Source of the DNA: an uncultured virus (IMG/VR IMGVR_UViG_3300030330_002209)
Lineage: Duplodnaviria > Heunggongvirae > Uroviricota > Caudoviricetes
IMG/VR virus record: IMGVR_UViG_3300030330_002209
Location: 1-64,000 of that record
Reading direction: 5' to 3' (one strand)
Length of the DNA stretch: 64,000 bases
Shown here one piece after another: positions 16,361 to 25,996 of this stretch. The position numbers and the translations under genes are program-made. Within the stretch, counting starts at the first letter, position 1; each line of letters opens with the position of its first letter. The notes beneath the pieces were generated by a model. It was not told the origin of the DNA. It was given only the letters and a program-made list of their open reading frames with translations, and made no database searches.

Positions 16361-16711
16361 ATGGCAGAAAAGATGTTATATTTTATGGAGCAAACTAACG
16401 GGCAATTTGATCAGGCTCAGGATATGGTAACTTATCCTTTGTCTTCTTTCCAAGGTTTTAGCGCTAGTGGTACAGAGACAACTTTACTACTGCACTTCTC
16501 AGGTGTCTTAGGACAAGATGAAGATGCTTATGATGTTGTTACTCTAACTATCACAAGCAACAAGCACAAGGAAGTTGTTCAAGCGCTTACTAGCGCGTTC
16601 AACGCAGGACCATTATCAGATGGTTTTATAGTTGTTGCTGATGATTCTAACAGCGTTTATGCTGACCCAAGAATCACGGCGTGCTCTATTGCTGCAACAG
16701 CTGTTGACTAA
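16361..16711 (+). CDS. Hypothetical beta-rich protein, paralog of 15921..16259
   Basis: Same shared motifs. Confidence 0.8.
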   Translation: MAEKMLYFMEQTNGQFDQAQDMVTYPLSSFQGFSASGTETTLLLHFSGVLGQDEDAYDVVTLTITSNKHKEVVQALTSAFNAGPLSDGFIVVADDSNSVYADPRITACSIAATAVD

Positions 16712-16717
16712 TAGTCA

Positions 16718-17158
16718 ATGAGACTGACAGCTCACGATTTACGTGAATTAAAAATCCTTAAGTATTACAGGCTCGTTAGAAAATGGGCCTGTAAGACTTA
16801 CGGGTTAAAAGATGCTGATCTTGAACTACTAATTTATTTAGACTGCAAAGATCGGTTTACAAGACAAGAATTTATAGACGGTACATATACATACTCTTGG
16901 GACAAAGAGAGGTGGGAGCGTCTTAGAAAAGAAGGCTGGATAGAAGTTTGGCGACATAGAAATCGTACAACGATAAAGTATAGCGTATTTAAAACTTCGT
17001 TTAAGTGCAGCCAATTAATAAGTAGAATCTATAGAATCTTACTCGGAGAAGAAGATTTACCAGTATCAGATCGAAGTGTATTCTACAATAATGAAACATA
17101 TACTGACAAAGTCTACAACAAGGCTATTGACGATATGATAAAAGATCCAGATAGATAA
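16718..17158 (+). CDS. Putative winged-helix DNA-binding protein
   Basis: LKDADLELLIYLD...FTRQEF...WERLRKEGWIEVW resembles a MarR-like wHTH. Confidence 0.55.
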   Translation: MRLTAHDLRELKILKYYRLVRKWACKTYGLKDADLELLIYLDCKDRFTRQEFIDGTYTYSWDKERWERLRKEGWIEVWRHRNRTTIKYSVFKTSFKCSQLISRIYRILLGEEDLPVSDRSVFYNNETYTDKVYNKAIDDMIKDPDR

Positions 17159-17553
17159 TGGGTAAATTTAAACTAGGTAAACAAACAAGAAAGGTTAATA
17201 CACCAGACAACTCGCCTATAATTAGAAAAAATTTAGGTAGCGGTATATTAGCTGAAGCTAACAAAGACGGTTCTATATTTGTAGACAAGTCTGTTAAGCC
17301 TGGCAGCTCATTAGAGAAAAAAGTTATAGCACACGAAAAGAAACACCTTGACGAAATGAAAAACGGTCAGATAGGTTATACTAAAAAAACAACTTTTGAT
17401 AAAATAGCTGGTGTTAAGTTTAAAAGAGTTGACGGTGATCTTGTAGTAACAGAGTCAAGTAATCCAAAGTACCCAGTTGGTATGAGAGCCCCAGAAGGAT
17501 CTAACAAATGGGCACATGAACAAAGAGCAATTAAAGAAGAAAAAAAAGCATAG
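17158..17553 (+). CDS. Putative zincin metallopeptidase
   Basis: VIAHEKKHLDEM (HExxH) with a downstream WAHEQRA glutamate; N-terminal MGKFKL leader. Confidence 0.7.
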   Translation: MGKFKLGKQTRKVNTPDNSPIIRKNLGSGILAEANKDGSIFVDKSVKPGSSLEKKVIAHEKKHLDEMKNGQIGYTKKTTFDKIAGVKFKRVDGDLVVTESSNPKYPVGMRAPEGSNKWAHEQRAIKEEKKA

Positions 17554-17555
17554 TT

Positions 17556-17735
17556 ATGGCGTTTAAAATGAAAATGAAAGGTTTTCCAAAAGTAACAATT
17601 CCACAAAAGCCTAAAAGTATGATGGAGGCTAAAAAAAAGCCTTATAAAAAACCTGTAGAAGCTGGTTATGATGAGCCTGAAAAAATAGCTTATTCAAGAA
17701 GAGTTTTAAATCCTACAATAAAAAATCCTAGGTAA
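17556..17735 (+). CDS. Small basic protein with MAFKM leader (59 aa; not in the ORF track)
   Basis: Translated by hand: MAFKMKMKGFPKVTIPQKPKSMMEAKKK...NPR; TAATG overlap with the holin. Confidence 0.8.
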   Translation: MAFKMKMKGFPKVTIPQKPKSMMEAKKKPYKKPVEAGYDEPEKIAYSRRVLNPTIKNPR

Positions 17736-18157
17736 TGATAAACAATTTAGTAGGAGGTTTATTTGGTAAAATTGTAGACAATGCAGAAGGTATACTTGAT
17801 AAAGTAATTACCACTGACAAAGAGCGTGACGAAGCTAAGCTTGCTCTTAAAAAACTATTACTAGATGCAGAGCGCGAAGCTTTTGCTAAAGAAGTAGAAG
17901 ATCGTAAATCTGCAAGAGATATGTACAAGGACGATGCTATTATACAAAAAGTATTAGCAACGTTGTTTACAGTAGCATATTTTGGCATTACATTTGTAAT
18001 GTTTAATTATTTTGTAACAAAAACTATAGAGCTAGGTGAATTTGAAATTAGCTTTATATCAACAATATTCGGCGCTATGAGCGCTAAAGTAAACACCATC
18101 ATTGACTTTTTCTTTGGTGGGTCATCAAAGAAAAACGAACAATCAAAAGAAAAATAA
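17735..18157 (+). CDS. Putative holin (GTA 3TM-holin-like)
   Basis: ILDKVITTDKERDEAK, EDRKSARDM, two hydrophobic helices, FFFGGS. Confidence 0.7.
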   Translation: MINNLVGGLFGKIVDNAEGILDKVITTDKERDEAKLALKKLLLDAEREAFAKEVEDRKSARDMYKDDAIIQKVLATLFTVAYFGITFVMFNYFVTKTIELGEFEISFISTIFGAMSAKVNTIIDFFFGGSSKKNEQSKEK

Positions 18158-18158
18158 A

Positions 18159-18956
18159 ATGAATAGTAAGTATTTTACAGTAGAATTAGAGCCAAGGTTT
18201 ACGCCAGGTCAAATAATTCAAAACGACAAATCAGATCTTCCTTTCTCAGCACAAGACTTAGTGTTTGACTGGCAAGAGTTTTCAATACCTAACTGCGGAG
18301 TATTATTAAGAGATATAAACATAGTTGTTAGAGGTGAAGACGGATCACCACAAACAGCTAGAGATTATGTATTTTACTTTGCTAGAACAGTAGACGGCGT
18401 TGCGCCTGGTACCTTAGGAACTCCTAACGCTAGTGCTAGCGGAGTAGGTTATTACAGACATTTAATAGGCTGTGCCTTAATAGACTCAACAGACTATAAA
18501 ATTGGTTTAGATTATATCTCTATGGCTTCAACAGGTCACGGTGCCGCTGCTAATCACACTCCAAATTTAGTATTAGAAGGAGAGCACAGAAGTAGTCATC
18601 ATCTAGACAGCAGAACAAGCGTTGTAGGTTTTGATAAAATATACATGGGGCTTATAGCAGGATCTGCGAACACACACGACTTCTCTACAGGAGTATTATT
18701 AAACGTTGCTGACGGAGTTGCAGCTAAAACTGTAAGAACTGCTTTAACTGTTGACGGTACCGATGCTACCAAAGTGTTTGCTGTAGGTGACATTATTGCA
18801 GCGGCTGGCGGAGGTTCTTTTAAAAACATAGGAACAGTAAAAGAAGTAACTAGCGCTACATCAATAAAAGTTGACAAAGTAGAAGAAGGTATAGCTGATG
18901 ACGACGAAATAATAAACTTAACTCCTTTAAAAATTATATTATCTTTAGAAGTTTAA
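18159..18956 (+). CDS. Hypothetical, possibly structural, protein
   Basis: Start reassigned to ATG 18159; G/A/T/V-rich beta composition. Confidence 0.7.
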   Translation: MNSKYFTVELEPRFTPGQIIQNDKSDLPFSAQDLVFDWQEFSIPNCGVLLRDINIVVRGEDGSPQTARDYVFYFARTVDGVAPGTLGTPNASASGVGYYRHLIGCALIDSTDYKIGLDYISMASTGHGAAANHTPNLVLEGEHRSSHHLDSRTSVVGFDKIYMGLIAGSANTHDFSTGVLLNVADGVAAKTVRTALTVDGTDATKVFAVGDIIAAAGGGSFKNIGTVKEVTSATSIKVDKVEEGIADDDEIINLTPLKIILSLEV

Positions 18957-18983
18957 AAACAATTAATTAAATTAAATAAAATC

Positions 18984-19262
18984 ATGGCAAAAAGAAAAAC
19001 ACCTAAGGCGAAAGATCTTCGCCCAGAAAAGATTCATGCAGATCAGTTAACGGCGATACAAGATATTGTTAAGGTAATTAACAAAGCTCAGTTTGAGCTA
19101 GGAGCTATTGAATCTCAAAAGCACTCTGTGTTGCACGGCATAGTCAATGAACAAGAGAAGCTTTCAATTATAAGAAATGAAATTAAAACTAAGTACGGTA
19201 CTGATAATATTAACTTTGAGGACGGTACTATAATGTACGAACCTAATGAGCAAGTTAATTAG
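18984..19262 (+). CDS. Hypothetical coiled-coil protein
   Basis: Helical; ends KYGTDNINFEDGTI. Confidence 0.75.
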   Translation: MAKRKTPKAKDLRPEKIHADQLTAIQDIVKVINKAQFELGAIESQKHSVLHGIVNEQEKLSIIRNEIKTKYGTDNINFEDGTIMYEPNEQVN

Positions 19263-19467
19263 AAAAATTACTGTAGGTAAAGATTACAAAGAAAACTCAA
19301 TGCACTATGCTGTAGGGCAAGAAGTTTATGGTGGTCATACTATTTGCGATATATTAGAAGAAAAAGAAAAGTACTCTATATATATTAGAAAAAATAAAAA
19401 TGTGCTACCATGGAAAGACTTCAATAAGAATATGGCTATATCAGTTGAGTACAACCTAGAGTATTAA
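19246..19467 (+). CDS. Hypothetical protein
   Basis: IRKITVGKDYKENSMHYAVGQ...PWKDFNKNMAISVEY; overlaps both neighbours. Confidence 0.8.
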   Translation: MSKLIRKITVGKDYKENSMHYAVGQEVYGGHTICDILEEKEKYSIYIRKNKNVLPWKDFNKNMAISVEYNLEY

Positions 19468-20057
19468 TGAAAAGTATAACAGGTTTTATTGTGTCGCCTG
19501 ATGGAGAAAGATACAACAACAAAGTAAAAGTGTGTGATAAAGAGCTAATAGTTAATAGCGAAATACAAAATCACGAATATGTAAATAGATTAGCTGTTGT
19601 TAAGTCTACGCCAATAATAAACAATACAGATATTGAGGTTGGTGATACTGTTGTTGTTCATCATAACGTATTTAGAAGATGGCACAATGTTAAGAAAAAA
19701 GAAAAGAATACTAGATCTTTTTTAAAAGAAGATGAATACATAATACAGCAAGATCAAATATTCTTATATAAAAAGAATGACAGCTGGAAGTGTATTGAAG
19801 GTTTTTGTTTTATACAACCTATAAAATCTCTTTTTGGATTTGACGTTCACTTAGAAGAGCCTTGCGTAGGTATAGTTAAATACACAGACGGTTCTTTTGA
19901 TGAAGATCAGCTAGTAGGTTTTCACCCTAGTTCAATGTACGAGTTTATAATTGAAGGGTGTAGATTATATAGAGTTTATTCTAAATATATTACAATTAAA
20001 TATGAGCGTAAAGGAAACGAAGAAGCGTATAATCCTAGCTGGGCGCAGAGCAGTTGA
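19467..20057 (+). CDS. Tandem GroES-like fold protein
   Basis: Two halves with GroES-like patterns (AVVKSTP...IEVGDTVVVHH; FCFIQPI...GIVKY...LVGF...YEFIIEG.RLYRV). Confidence 0.5.
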   Translation: MKSITGFIVSPDGERYNNKVKVCDKELIVNSEIQNHEYVNRLAVVKSTPIINNTDIEVGDTVVVHHNVFRRWHNVKKKEKNTRSFLKEDEYIIQQDQIFLYKKNDSWKCIEGFCFIQPIKSLFGFDVHLEEPCVGIVKYTDGSFDEDQLVGFHPSSMYEFIIEGCRLYRVYSKYITIKYERKGNEEAYNPSWAQSS

Positions 20058-20280
20058 TGAGCTAATTAAAGTAGCTCAAGAGCAGATTATCACTAATACA
20101 GACGATGATGTATCAGCTGATAGATTAAAAAATGCGGCAGCTACTAAAAAGTTAGCTATATTTGATGCATTCGAAATACTCAACCGCATACAAGAAGAAG
20201 AAAATATTTTGGAAGGAAAGACACCTGAAGAGAAAAAAGACAGAGTATTTAAAGGCTTCGCGGAAGGCAGATCGAAATGA
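20002..20280 (+). CDS. Putative terminase small subunit
   Basis: Helical 92-aa protein with ATGA overlap to TerL; start reassigned to 20002; call is positional. Confidence 0.5.
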   Translation: MSVKETKKRIILAGRRAVDELIKVAQEQIITNTDDDVSADRLKNAAATKKLAIFDAFEILNRIQEEENILEGKTPEEKKDRVFKGFAEGRSK

Positions 20281-22493
20281 GTTACGAGCAAAGCTTATAT
20301 AAAATAGTTGAACCAGTTAAGAAGACAACAATAAGTCGACTTAACAAGAAACGTAAATGGAAATATGGATACAATAAAGAACATGATATTGTGGTTATCT
20401 CTAAAACTGGGCAAATTGGACAAATACTTGAGATTCAAGGTTTGCGAATTGGCTTGCCGTTGGAACCACAAAAACTGTGTGTGCAAAGCAACAGATGGAA
20501 AAAAATAGAATATCCTAAAGAGTTAAGTAAGCTTAAAAATATCTTTGACTGGAGAAATTATCCAGAAGAAAACAAAGATCAATGGTACGACTTCATAGAT
20601 GAAGAGTTTAAACGTAGAGACGAAGGCTTTTGGTTTATGAACAATGGTGATGTAACCTACATAACAGGTAGTCACTACATGTATTTACAATGGAGTAAAA
20701 TTGATGTTGGTGCTCCAGATTTTAGAGAAGCTAACAGGTTGTTCTTTATATTTTGGGAAGCGTGCAAAGCAGACATTAGATGTTATGGCATGTGTTATTT
20801 AAAAAACAGACGTAGTGGTTTTTCGTTTATGTCTAGTGCTGAAACAGTTAATTTAGCTACTATATCGAGTGACTCTAGATATGGAATACTGTCTAAAAGT
20901 GGAGCTGATGCAAAGAAAATGTTTACCGATAAGGTTGTACCAATATCTATTAACTATCCTTTCTTCTTTAAACCCATTCAAGACGGTATGGACAGACCTA
21001 AGTCTGAGCTTGCTTATAGGGTTCCTGCAAGTAAGTTTACGCGTAAAAAAATTACTACCAACGAAAAGCAAGAAGAGCTGGTTGGACTTGACACTACTAT
21101 TGATTGGAAAAATACTGGTGACAACAGCTACGATGGTGAGAAGCTTAACCTGCTAGTGCATGACGAAAGTGGTAAGTGGGAAAGGCCTGACAATATATTG
21201 AACAACTGGAGAGTAACTAAAACTTGTTTAAGACTTGGTGCTCGGGTAGTTGGTAAATGCATGATGGGATCAACATCAAACGCTTTAGATAAAGGTGGAG
21301 ATAACTTTAAAAAGTTATATAACGACAGTGATGTCACAAAAAGAAATAGAAATGGTCAAACACGTTCTGGTTTATATTCTTTGTTTATCCCAATGGAATG
21401 GAACTATGAAGGTTTTATTGATGAGTTTGGACGACCCGTGTTTGATACCCCAACACGAGAGTGTTATGGACCAGACGGCCAACTAATAGATGTTGGTGTT
21501 ATTGATCACTGGCAAAACGAAGCCGATGGCTTACGTGATGATCAAGACGCGCTAAATGAGTTTTATCGACAGTTTCCAAGAACTGAAGAGCACGCGTTTA
21601 GAGATGAAACAAAAAACAGTATATTTAACTTAGTTAAAATATACGAGCAAATAGACTACAACGAAGGAGTTAAAAACTCTAACGCTGTAAACGTTGGAAA
21701 CTTTCAATGGGTTAATGGTGTAAAAGATAGCAACGTTATTTTTTATCCAGATCCAAAAGGTAGATTTAAAGTAAGTTGGTTTCCATCAACACATTTGCAA
21801 AATAAAGTTATAATTAAAAATGGAATTAGATACCCAGGTAATGAGCACGTTGGTGCGTTTGGTTGTGATAGTTACGATATTAGTGGGACTGTGGACGGTC
21901 GTGGATCAAAAGGATCACTACACGGACTAACTAAGTTTAGCATGGAAGATGCTCCGCCAAACCATTTTTTCTTAGAATACCTAGCTAGACCACAAACCGC
22001 AGAAATGTTTTTTGAAGATGTATTAATGGCTTTAGCATTTTACGGTATGCCATTACTAGCAGAGAATAACAAACCAAGGCTGTTGTACTATTTAAGGCGC
22101 AGAGGATATAGAGGTTTCAGTATGAACAGACCAGATAAAGTTTGGAATAAATTGTCGGTTGCAGAAAAAGAGGTTGGTGGTATACCAAACTCTAGCGAGG
22201 ATATAAAGCAAGCTCATGCTGCCGCTATTGAGATGTATATACAATCACACGTAGGTCACTTAGGTGATGGAAACTACGGAAATATATATTTCAATGAAAC
22301 ATTAAACGACTGGTCTAAGTTTGATATAAATAAAAGAACAAAGTTTGATGCAACTATAAGTTCTGGTCTAGCTATAATGGCTTGCAATAGACATTTATAC
22401 CAACCAAACCCTAATAGAGAAAAACAAAAGTTAAACATAAACATAGCAAGATATACTAACAAAGGCAGTATGTCTAAACTTATAAAGCGATAA
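20277..22493 (+). CDS. Terminase large subunit
   Basis: LKNRRSGFS (Walker A-like), LLVHDESGKW (Walker B), GSTSN coupling motif, GCDSYD nuclease, AENNK, KFDATIS. Confidence 0.9.
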   Translation: MSYEQSLYKIVEPVKKTTISRLNKKRKWKYGYNKEHDIVVISKTGQIGQILEIQGLRIGLPLEPQKLCVQSNRWKKIEYPKELSKLKNIFDWRNYPEENKDQWYDFIDEEFKRRDEGFWFMNNGDVTYITGSHYMYLQWSKIDVGAPDFREANRLFFIFWEACKADIRCYGMCYLKNRRSGFSFMSSAETVNLATISSDSRYGILSKSGADAKKMFTDKVVPISINYPFFFKPIQDGMDRPKSELAYRVPASKFTRKKITTNEKQEELVGLDTTIDWKNTGDNSYDGEKLNLLVHDESGKWERPDNILNNWRVTKTCLRLGARVVGKCMMGSTSNALDKGGDNFKKLYNDSDVTKRNRNGQTRSGLYSLFIPMEWNYEGFIDEFGRPVFDTPTRECYGPDGQLIDVGVIDHWQNEADGLRDDQDALNEFYRQFPRTEEHAFRDETKNSIFNLVKIYEQIDYNEGVKNSNAVNVGNFQWVNGVKDSNVIFYPDPKGRFKVSWFPSTHLQNKVIIKNGIRYPGNEHVGAFGCDSYDISGTVDGRGSKGSLHGLTKFSMEDAPPNHFFLEYLARPQTAEMFFEDVLMALAFYGMPLLAENNKPRLLYYLRRRGYRGFSMNRPDKVWNKLSVAEKEVGGIPNSSEDIKQAHAAAIEMYIQSHVGHLGDGNYGNIYFNETLNDWSKFDINKRTKFDATISSGLAIMACNRHLYQPNPNREKQKLNINIARYTNKGSMSKLIKR

Positions 22494-22494
22494 T

Positions 22495-24756
22495 ATGGCA
22501 GAGTCTGTTATAAAAAATTTTCCAAGCCAAGCGGTAAGCGACTTGGAAAAAATGAGTCCTGAGTATGGATTAAAAGTTGCGAAAGCTATACAAGCTGAGT
22601 GGTTTGATAAAGATCACGAGCGAAGATACGATAACAGAAAAAACAACTTTCACAAACTTAGACTATATGCTAGAGGCGAGCAAGGTATACAGAAGTATAA
22701 AGACGAGTTATCTATAAATGGTGACTTGAGCTACTTAAATTTAGACTGGAAGCCTGTGCCTATTATTCCTAAATTTGTTGATATTGTTGTAAATGGTATG
22801 TCTCAAAGGGGTTTTAGCATAAAAGCATACTCGCAAGATCCTTACGGTGTAGCAAAAAGAACTGATTATATGCAGTCTTTAATGAAAGACATGAAGACTA
22901 GAAAGTTAGCTGAATTTGCTAAAGAGCAGTTTGGTGTAGATCTTTATGATACTGATAAAGAAAAACTACCAAACTCTGATGAGGAGTTAAAGCTACACAT
23001 GCAGTTAACTTACAAGCAGTCTGTAGAGTTAGCAGAAGAGCAGGCTTTAAACGTTTTACTAGAAGGCAACAAGTATGATTTAATAAGAAGAAGATTTTTA
23101 TATGATTTAACAGTACTAGGTATTGGCGCTGTAAAAACTTCTTTTAATACTTCTGAAGGTGTTGTCATAGATTACGTTGATCCAGAGCACTTAATATATT
23201 CTTATACAGATTCACCTTATTTTGATGATATATATTATGTTGGTGAAATAAAAGAAATACCTTTAAATGAGCTAGCTAAGCAGTTTCCACATTTAACAGA
23301 GGAAATGCTAGAAGACATAAGCAAAAGCAAGTATAGCAACAGCTATATGTATTATCGTAAAAAAGATATAGATAAAAACAAAGTTCAAGTCTTATATTTT
23401 AACTATAAGACTTACATGAACGAAACTTACAAAGTAAAAGAAACTAGTACTGGTGGCGAAAAAATAATACCTAGAGACGATACGTTTAATCCTCCTTCTG
23501 ATATGCAAGGCAACTTTGGTAAGCTGCAAAGATCTATAGAAACACTATACGAAGGAGTTTATATACTAGGAGCTAATAAACTTCTTAAATGGGAGATGTC
23601 TAAAAACATGATGCGTCCTAAAAGTGATTTTACTAAAGTTAAAATGAATTATGCTATATGTGCTCCTCGTATGTACAATGGTAAGATCGAAAGCTTAGTA
23701 AGTCGTATTACTGGTTTTGCTGACATGATACAGCTTACACATTTAAAGCTACAACAGGTTATGTCAAGGNNNNNNNNNNACATGTATTTTCAAACAGGTA
23801 GTGTTATTGGTAGATCAATGACACAAGATGGCGATCCCAACGCTGGCGCTATGCCTGTTCGAGAGATACAAACTGGAGCAGGTGGTGCTAAGATGCAAAG
23901 CCTCATACAAACGTACAACTATTATCTAAACATGATAAGAGACGTTACCGGATTAAACGAGGCTAGAGATGCATCAACACCTGATAGAAACGCTTTGGTT
24001 GGTATACAAAAGATAGCAGCGGCTAATAGTAATACAGCTACTAGACATATATTACAAGCCGGTATGTTTTTAACGCAAGAAACTTGCGAATGTTTATCGA
24101 TGCGAATATCAGATGTATTAGAGTATTCTCCAACAGCAAATGCTTTTGTTCAAGCTTTAGGAGCACACAACGTTGCTACATTAGAAGAAATGTCAGAATT
24201 ACACTTGTACGATTTTGGTATATTTTTAGAGTTAGCTCCAGACGAAGAAGAAAAACAGTTATTAGAAAATAACATACAAGCTGCTTTAGCTGGTCAAGTT
24301 ATAGATCTTGAAGACGCTATTGATATTAGAGAAATAAAGAATATCAAGCTAGCAAATCAAATGTTAAAGGTTAGAAGAAAAATAAAGAACGAAAGAGAAG
24401 CTAAAAAACAAAGTTTAAATATTAAACAACAAGCAGAAGCTAATGCTAAAGCTCAAAAGGTAGCAGCTCAAGAAGAAGTTAAAAAACAAAAAGAACTTGT
24501 TAAAACTCAAATAGAGTTAGAGCAGGCTAAAGCAGATTTTAGCATCATGAGATTAGAACAAGAAGCTAAGGTTAAAAGAGATCTTATGGCTTTTGAGTTT
24601 GAGTTAAATACTAGAATAAAAGATCAAGAATCTCAAGCTGCTCAAAAACTAGAACAAACTAAAGAACAAGTAAAAGCCGAGCCTAAAAAGTTTGAATCAT
24701 CAGGTAATGATATAGTAGGTGGAGGCATAGGATTAGGTAAGTTCGATCCTAGATAA
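22495..24756 (+). CDS. Portal protein (spans an N gap at 23770-23779)
   Basis: Follows TerL; LNLDWKPVPIIPKFVDIVVNG, IRDVTGLNEARD, C-terminal coiled coil. Confidence 0.85.
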   Translation: MAESVIKNFPSQAVSDLEKMSPEYGLKVAKAIQAEWFDKDHERRYDNRKNNFHKLRLYARGEQGIQKYKDELSINGDLSYLNLDWKPVPIIPKFVDIVVNGMSQRGFSIKAYSQDPYGVAKRTDYMQSLMKDMKTRKLAEFAKEQFGVDLYDTDKEKLPNSDEELKLHMQLTYKQSVELAEEQALNVLLEGNKYDLIRRRFLYDLTVLGIGAVKTSFNTSEGVVIDYVDPEHLIYSYTDSPYFDDIYYVGEIKEIPLNELAKQFPHLTEEMLEDISKSKYSNSYMYYRKKDIDKNKVQVLYFNYKTYMNETYKVKETSTGGEKIIPRDDTFNPPSDMQGNFGKLQRSIETLYEGVYILGANKLLKWEMSKNMMRPKSDFTKVKMNYAICAPRMYNGKIESLVSRITGFADMIQLTHLKLQQVMSRXXXXMYFQTGSVIGRSMTQDGDPNAGAMPVREIQTGAGGAKMQSLIQTYNYYLNMIRDVTGLNEARDASTPDRNALVGIQKIAAANSNTATRHILQAGMFLTQETCECLSMRISDVLEYSPTANAFVQALGAHNVATLEEMSELHLYDFGIFLELAPDEEEKQLLENNIQAALAGQVIDLEDAIDIREIKNIKLANQMLKVRRKIKNEREAKKQSLNIKQQAEANAKAQKVAAQEEVKKQKELVKTQIELEQAKADFSIMRLEQEAKVKRDLMAFEFELNTRIKDQESQAAQKLEQTKEQVKAEPKKFESSGNDIVGGGIGLGKFDPR

Positions 24757-24775
24757 TAATTTTATATTTTATATT

Positions 24776-25969
24776 ATGCAAGAAAACGAAAACATTGAAG
24801 AGGTTCAAGAACAGCCTCAAGAAGAACAAACGCAAGAGCAAGAGTTAGATTTAAGTAAATTTGAAACTGCTGATGATCCTAGCGTTTACAAAGTAGATTT
24901 AAGTAAACCACCGCCAACAGCGGAAACAAATGAACAACCAGAAGAAACTACAGAAAGTACAGCTAACGACACAGGAGTGGTTGCAAGCGTTGAAAACACC
25001 GAGCCCGTACAAGAACAAGAAGAAGTACAGCCGGAAGTTGAAGCACAAGAACAACCAGTCTTAGAAGAAGTAACTGAAGAAGAAGTAGAGCAGGTAGAAG
25101 AAATTGTAGAAGAAGCTATAGTTGAAGCTCAGGCTACTGGAGAGCCTTTACCTGAGAATATTCAAAGCTTGGTTAATTTTGTAAACGAAACTGGTGGTAG
25201 CGTAGAAGACTATGTAAAGCTAAATAGAAATTATGCAGAAATGGATAATCAAGAAGCTTTACAAGAATACTATAGATCTACTAAACCTCATCTAACACCT
25301 GAAGAAAGAGCTTTTTTAATGGAAGAGCAGTTTTCTTATGATGAAGAAATAGATGATGAAAAGAACATTAGAAAAAAGAAAATAGCCTTAAAAGAGCAAG
25401 TTGCAGAGGCTAAAGCCTACTTAGACGGGCAAAAGTCTAAATATTACGAAGAAATTAAAGCTGGAAGCAAGCTCACTGAAGAGCAGCAGAAAGCAATTGA
25501 TTTTTTCAACAGATATAACAAAGAATCAGAAGAGACTCAAGCGGCGCTTGAAAAGAACAAGACGATTTTTAACAACAAGACTAATCAAGTCTTTAACAAA
25601 AATTTCAAAGGTTTTGATTTTAAAGTTGGAGATAAAACTTATAGGTATAATGTTAATAACGTCGATGAGGTAAAGCAAACCCAAAGTGACATAAACAACT
25701 TTGTTGGAAAGTTTCTAAACGAAGATAGTTCTATGGGTGATGCTAAATCATACCACAAGTCTTTATACGCGGCAATGAACCCTGACGCTTTAGCTAGACA
25801 TTTCTATGAGCAAGGTAAAGCAGATGCTATGAAAAATAGTGTTGCTAATGCTAAGAATATAGACATGACGCCAAGACAAGAACAAGGCGCTAATTATAGT
25901 GATGGTCCAAAGTTTAAGGTTGTTCAAGATGATTCTGTTTTTGATTTTAAGTTTAAAAAACGAAAATAA
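24776..25969 (+). CDS. Putative capsid scaffolding protein
   Basis: Very acidic disordered N-terminus, helical C-terminus; lies between portal and capsid genes. Confidence 0.65.
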   Translation: MQENENIEEVQEQPQEEQTQEQELDLSKFETADDPSVYKVDLSKPPPTAETNEQPEETTESTANDTGVVASVENTEPVQEQEEVQPEVEAQEQPVLEEVTEEEVEQVEEIVEEAIVEAQATGEPLPENIQSLVNFVNETGGSVEDYVKLNRNYAEMDNQEALQEYYRSTKPHLTPEERAFLMEEQFSYDEEIDDEKNIRKKKIALKEQVAEAKAYLDGQKSKYYEEIKAGSKLTEEQQKAIDFFNRYNKESEETQAALEKNKTIFNNKTNQVFNKNFKGFDFKVGDKTYRYNVNNVDEVKQTQSDINNFVGKFLNEDSSMGDAKSYHKSLYAAMNPDALARHFYEQGKADAMKNSVANAKNIDMTPRQEQGANYSDGPKFKVVQDDSVFDFKFKKRK

Positions 25970-25996
25970 TTTATTTAACGCTAAAATTTATTTAAA

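Noticed and set aside
23770..23779. Interruptions in portal (and RNR at 59403-59412) as introns, inteins or frameshifts
   Set aside because: They are 10-N scaffold placeholders; true content is unknown
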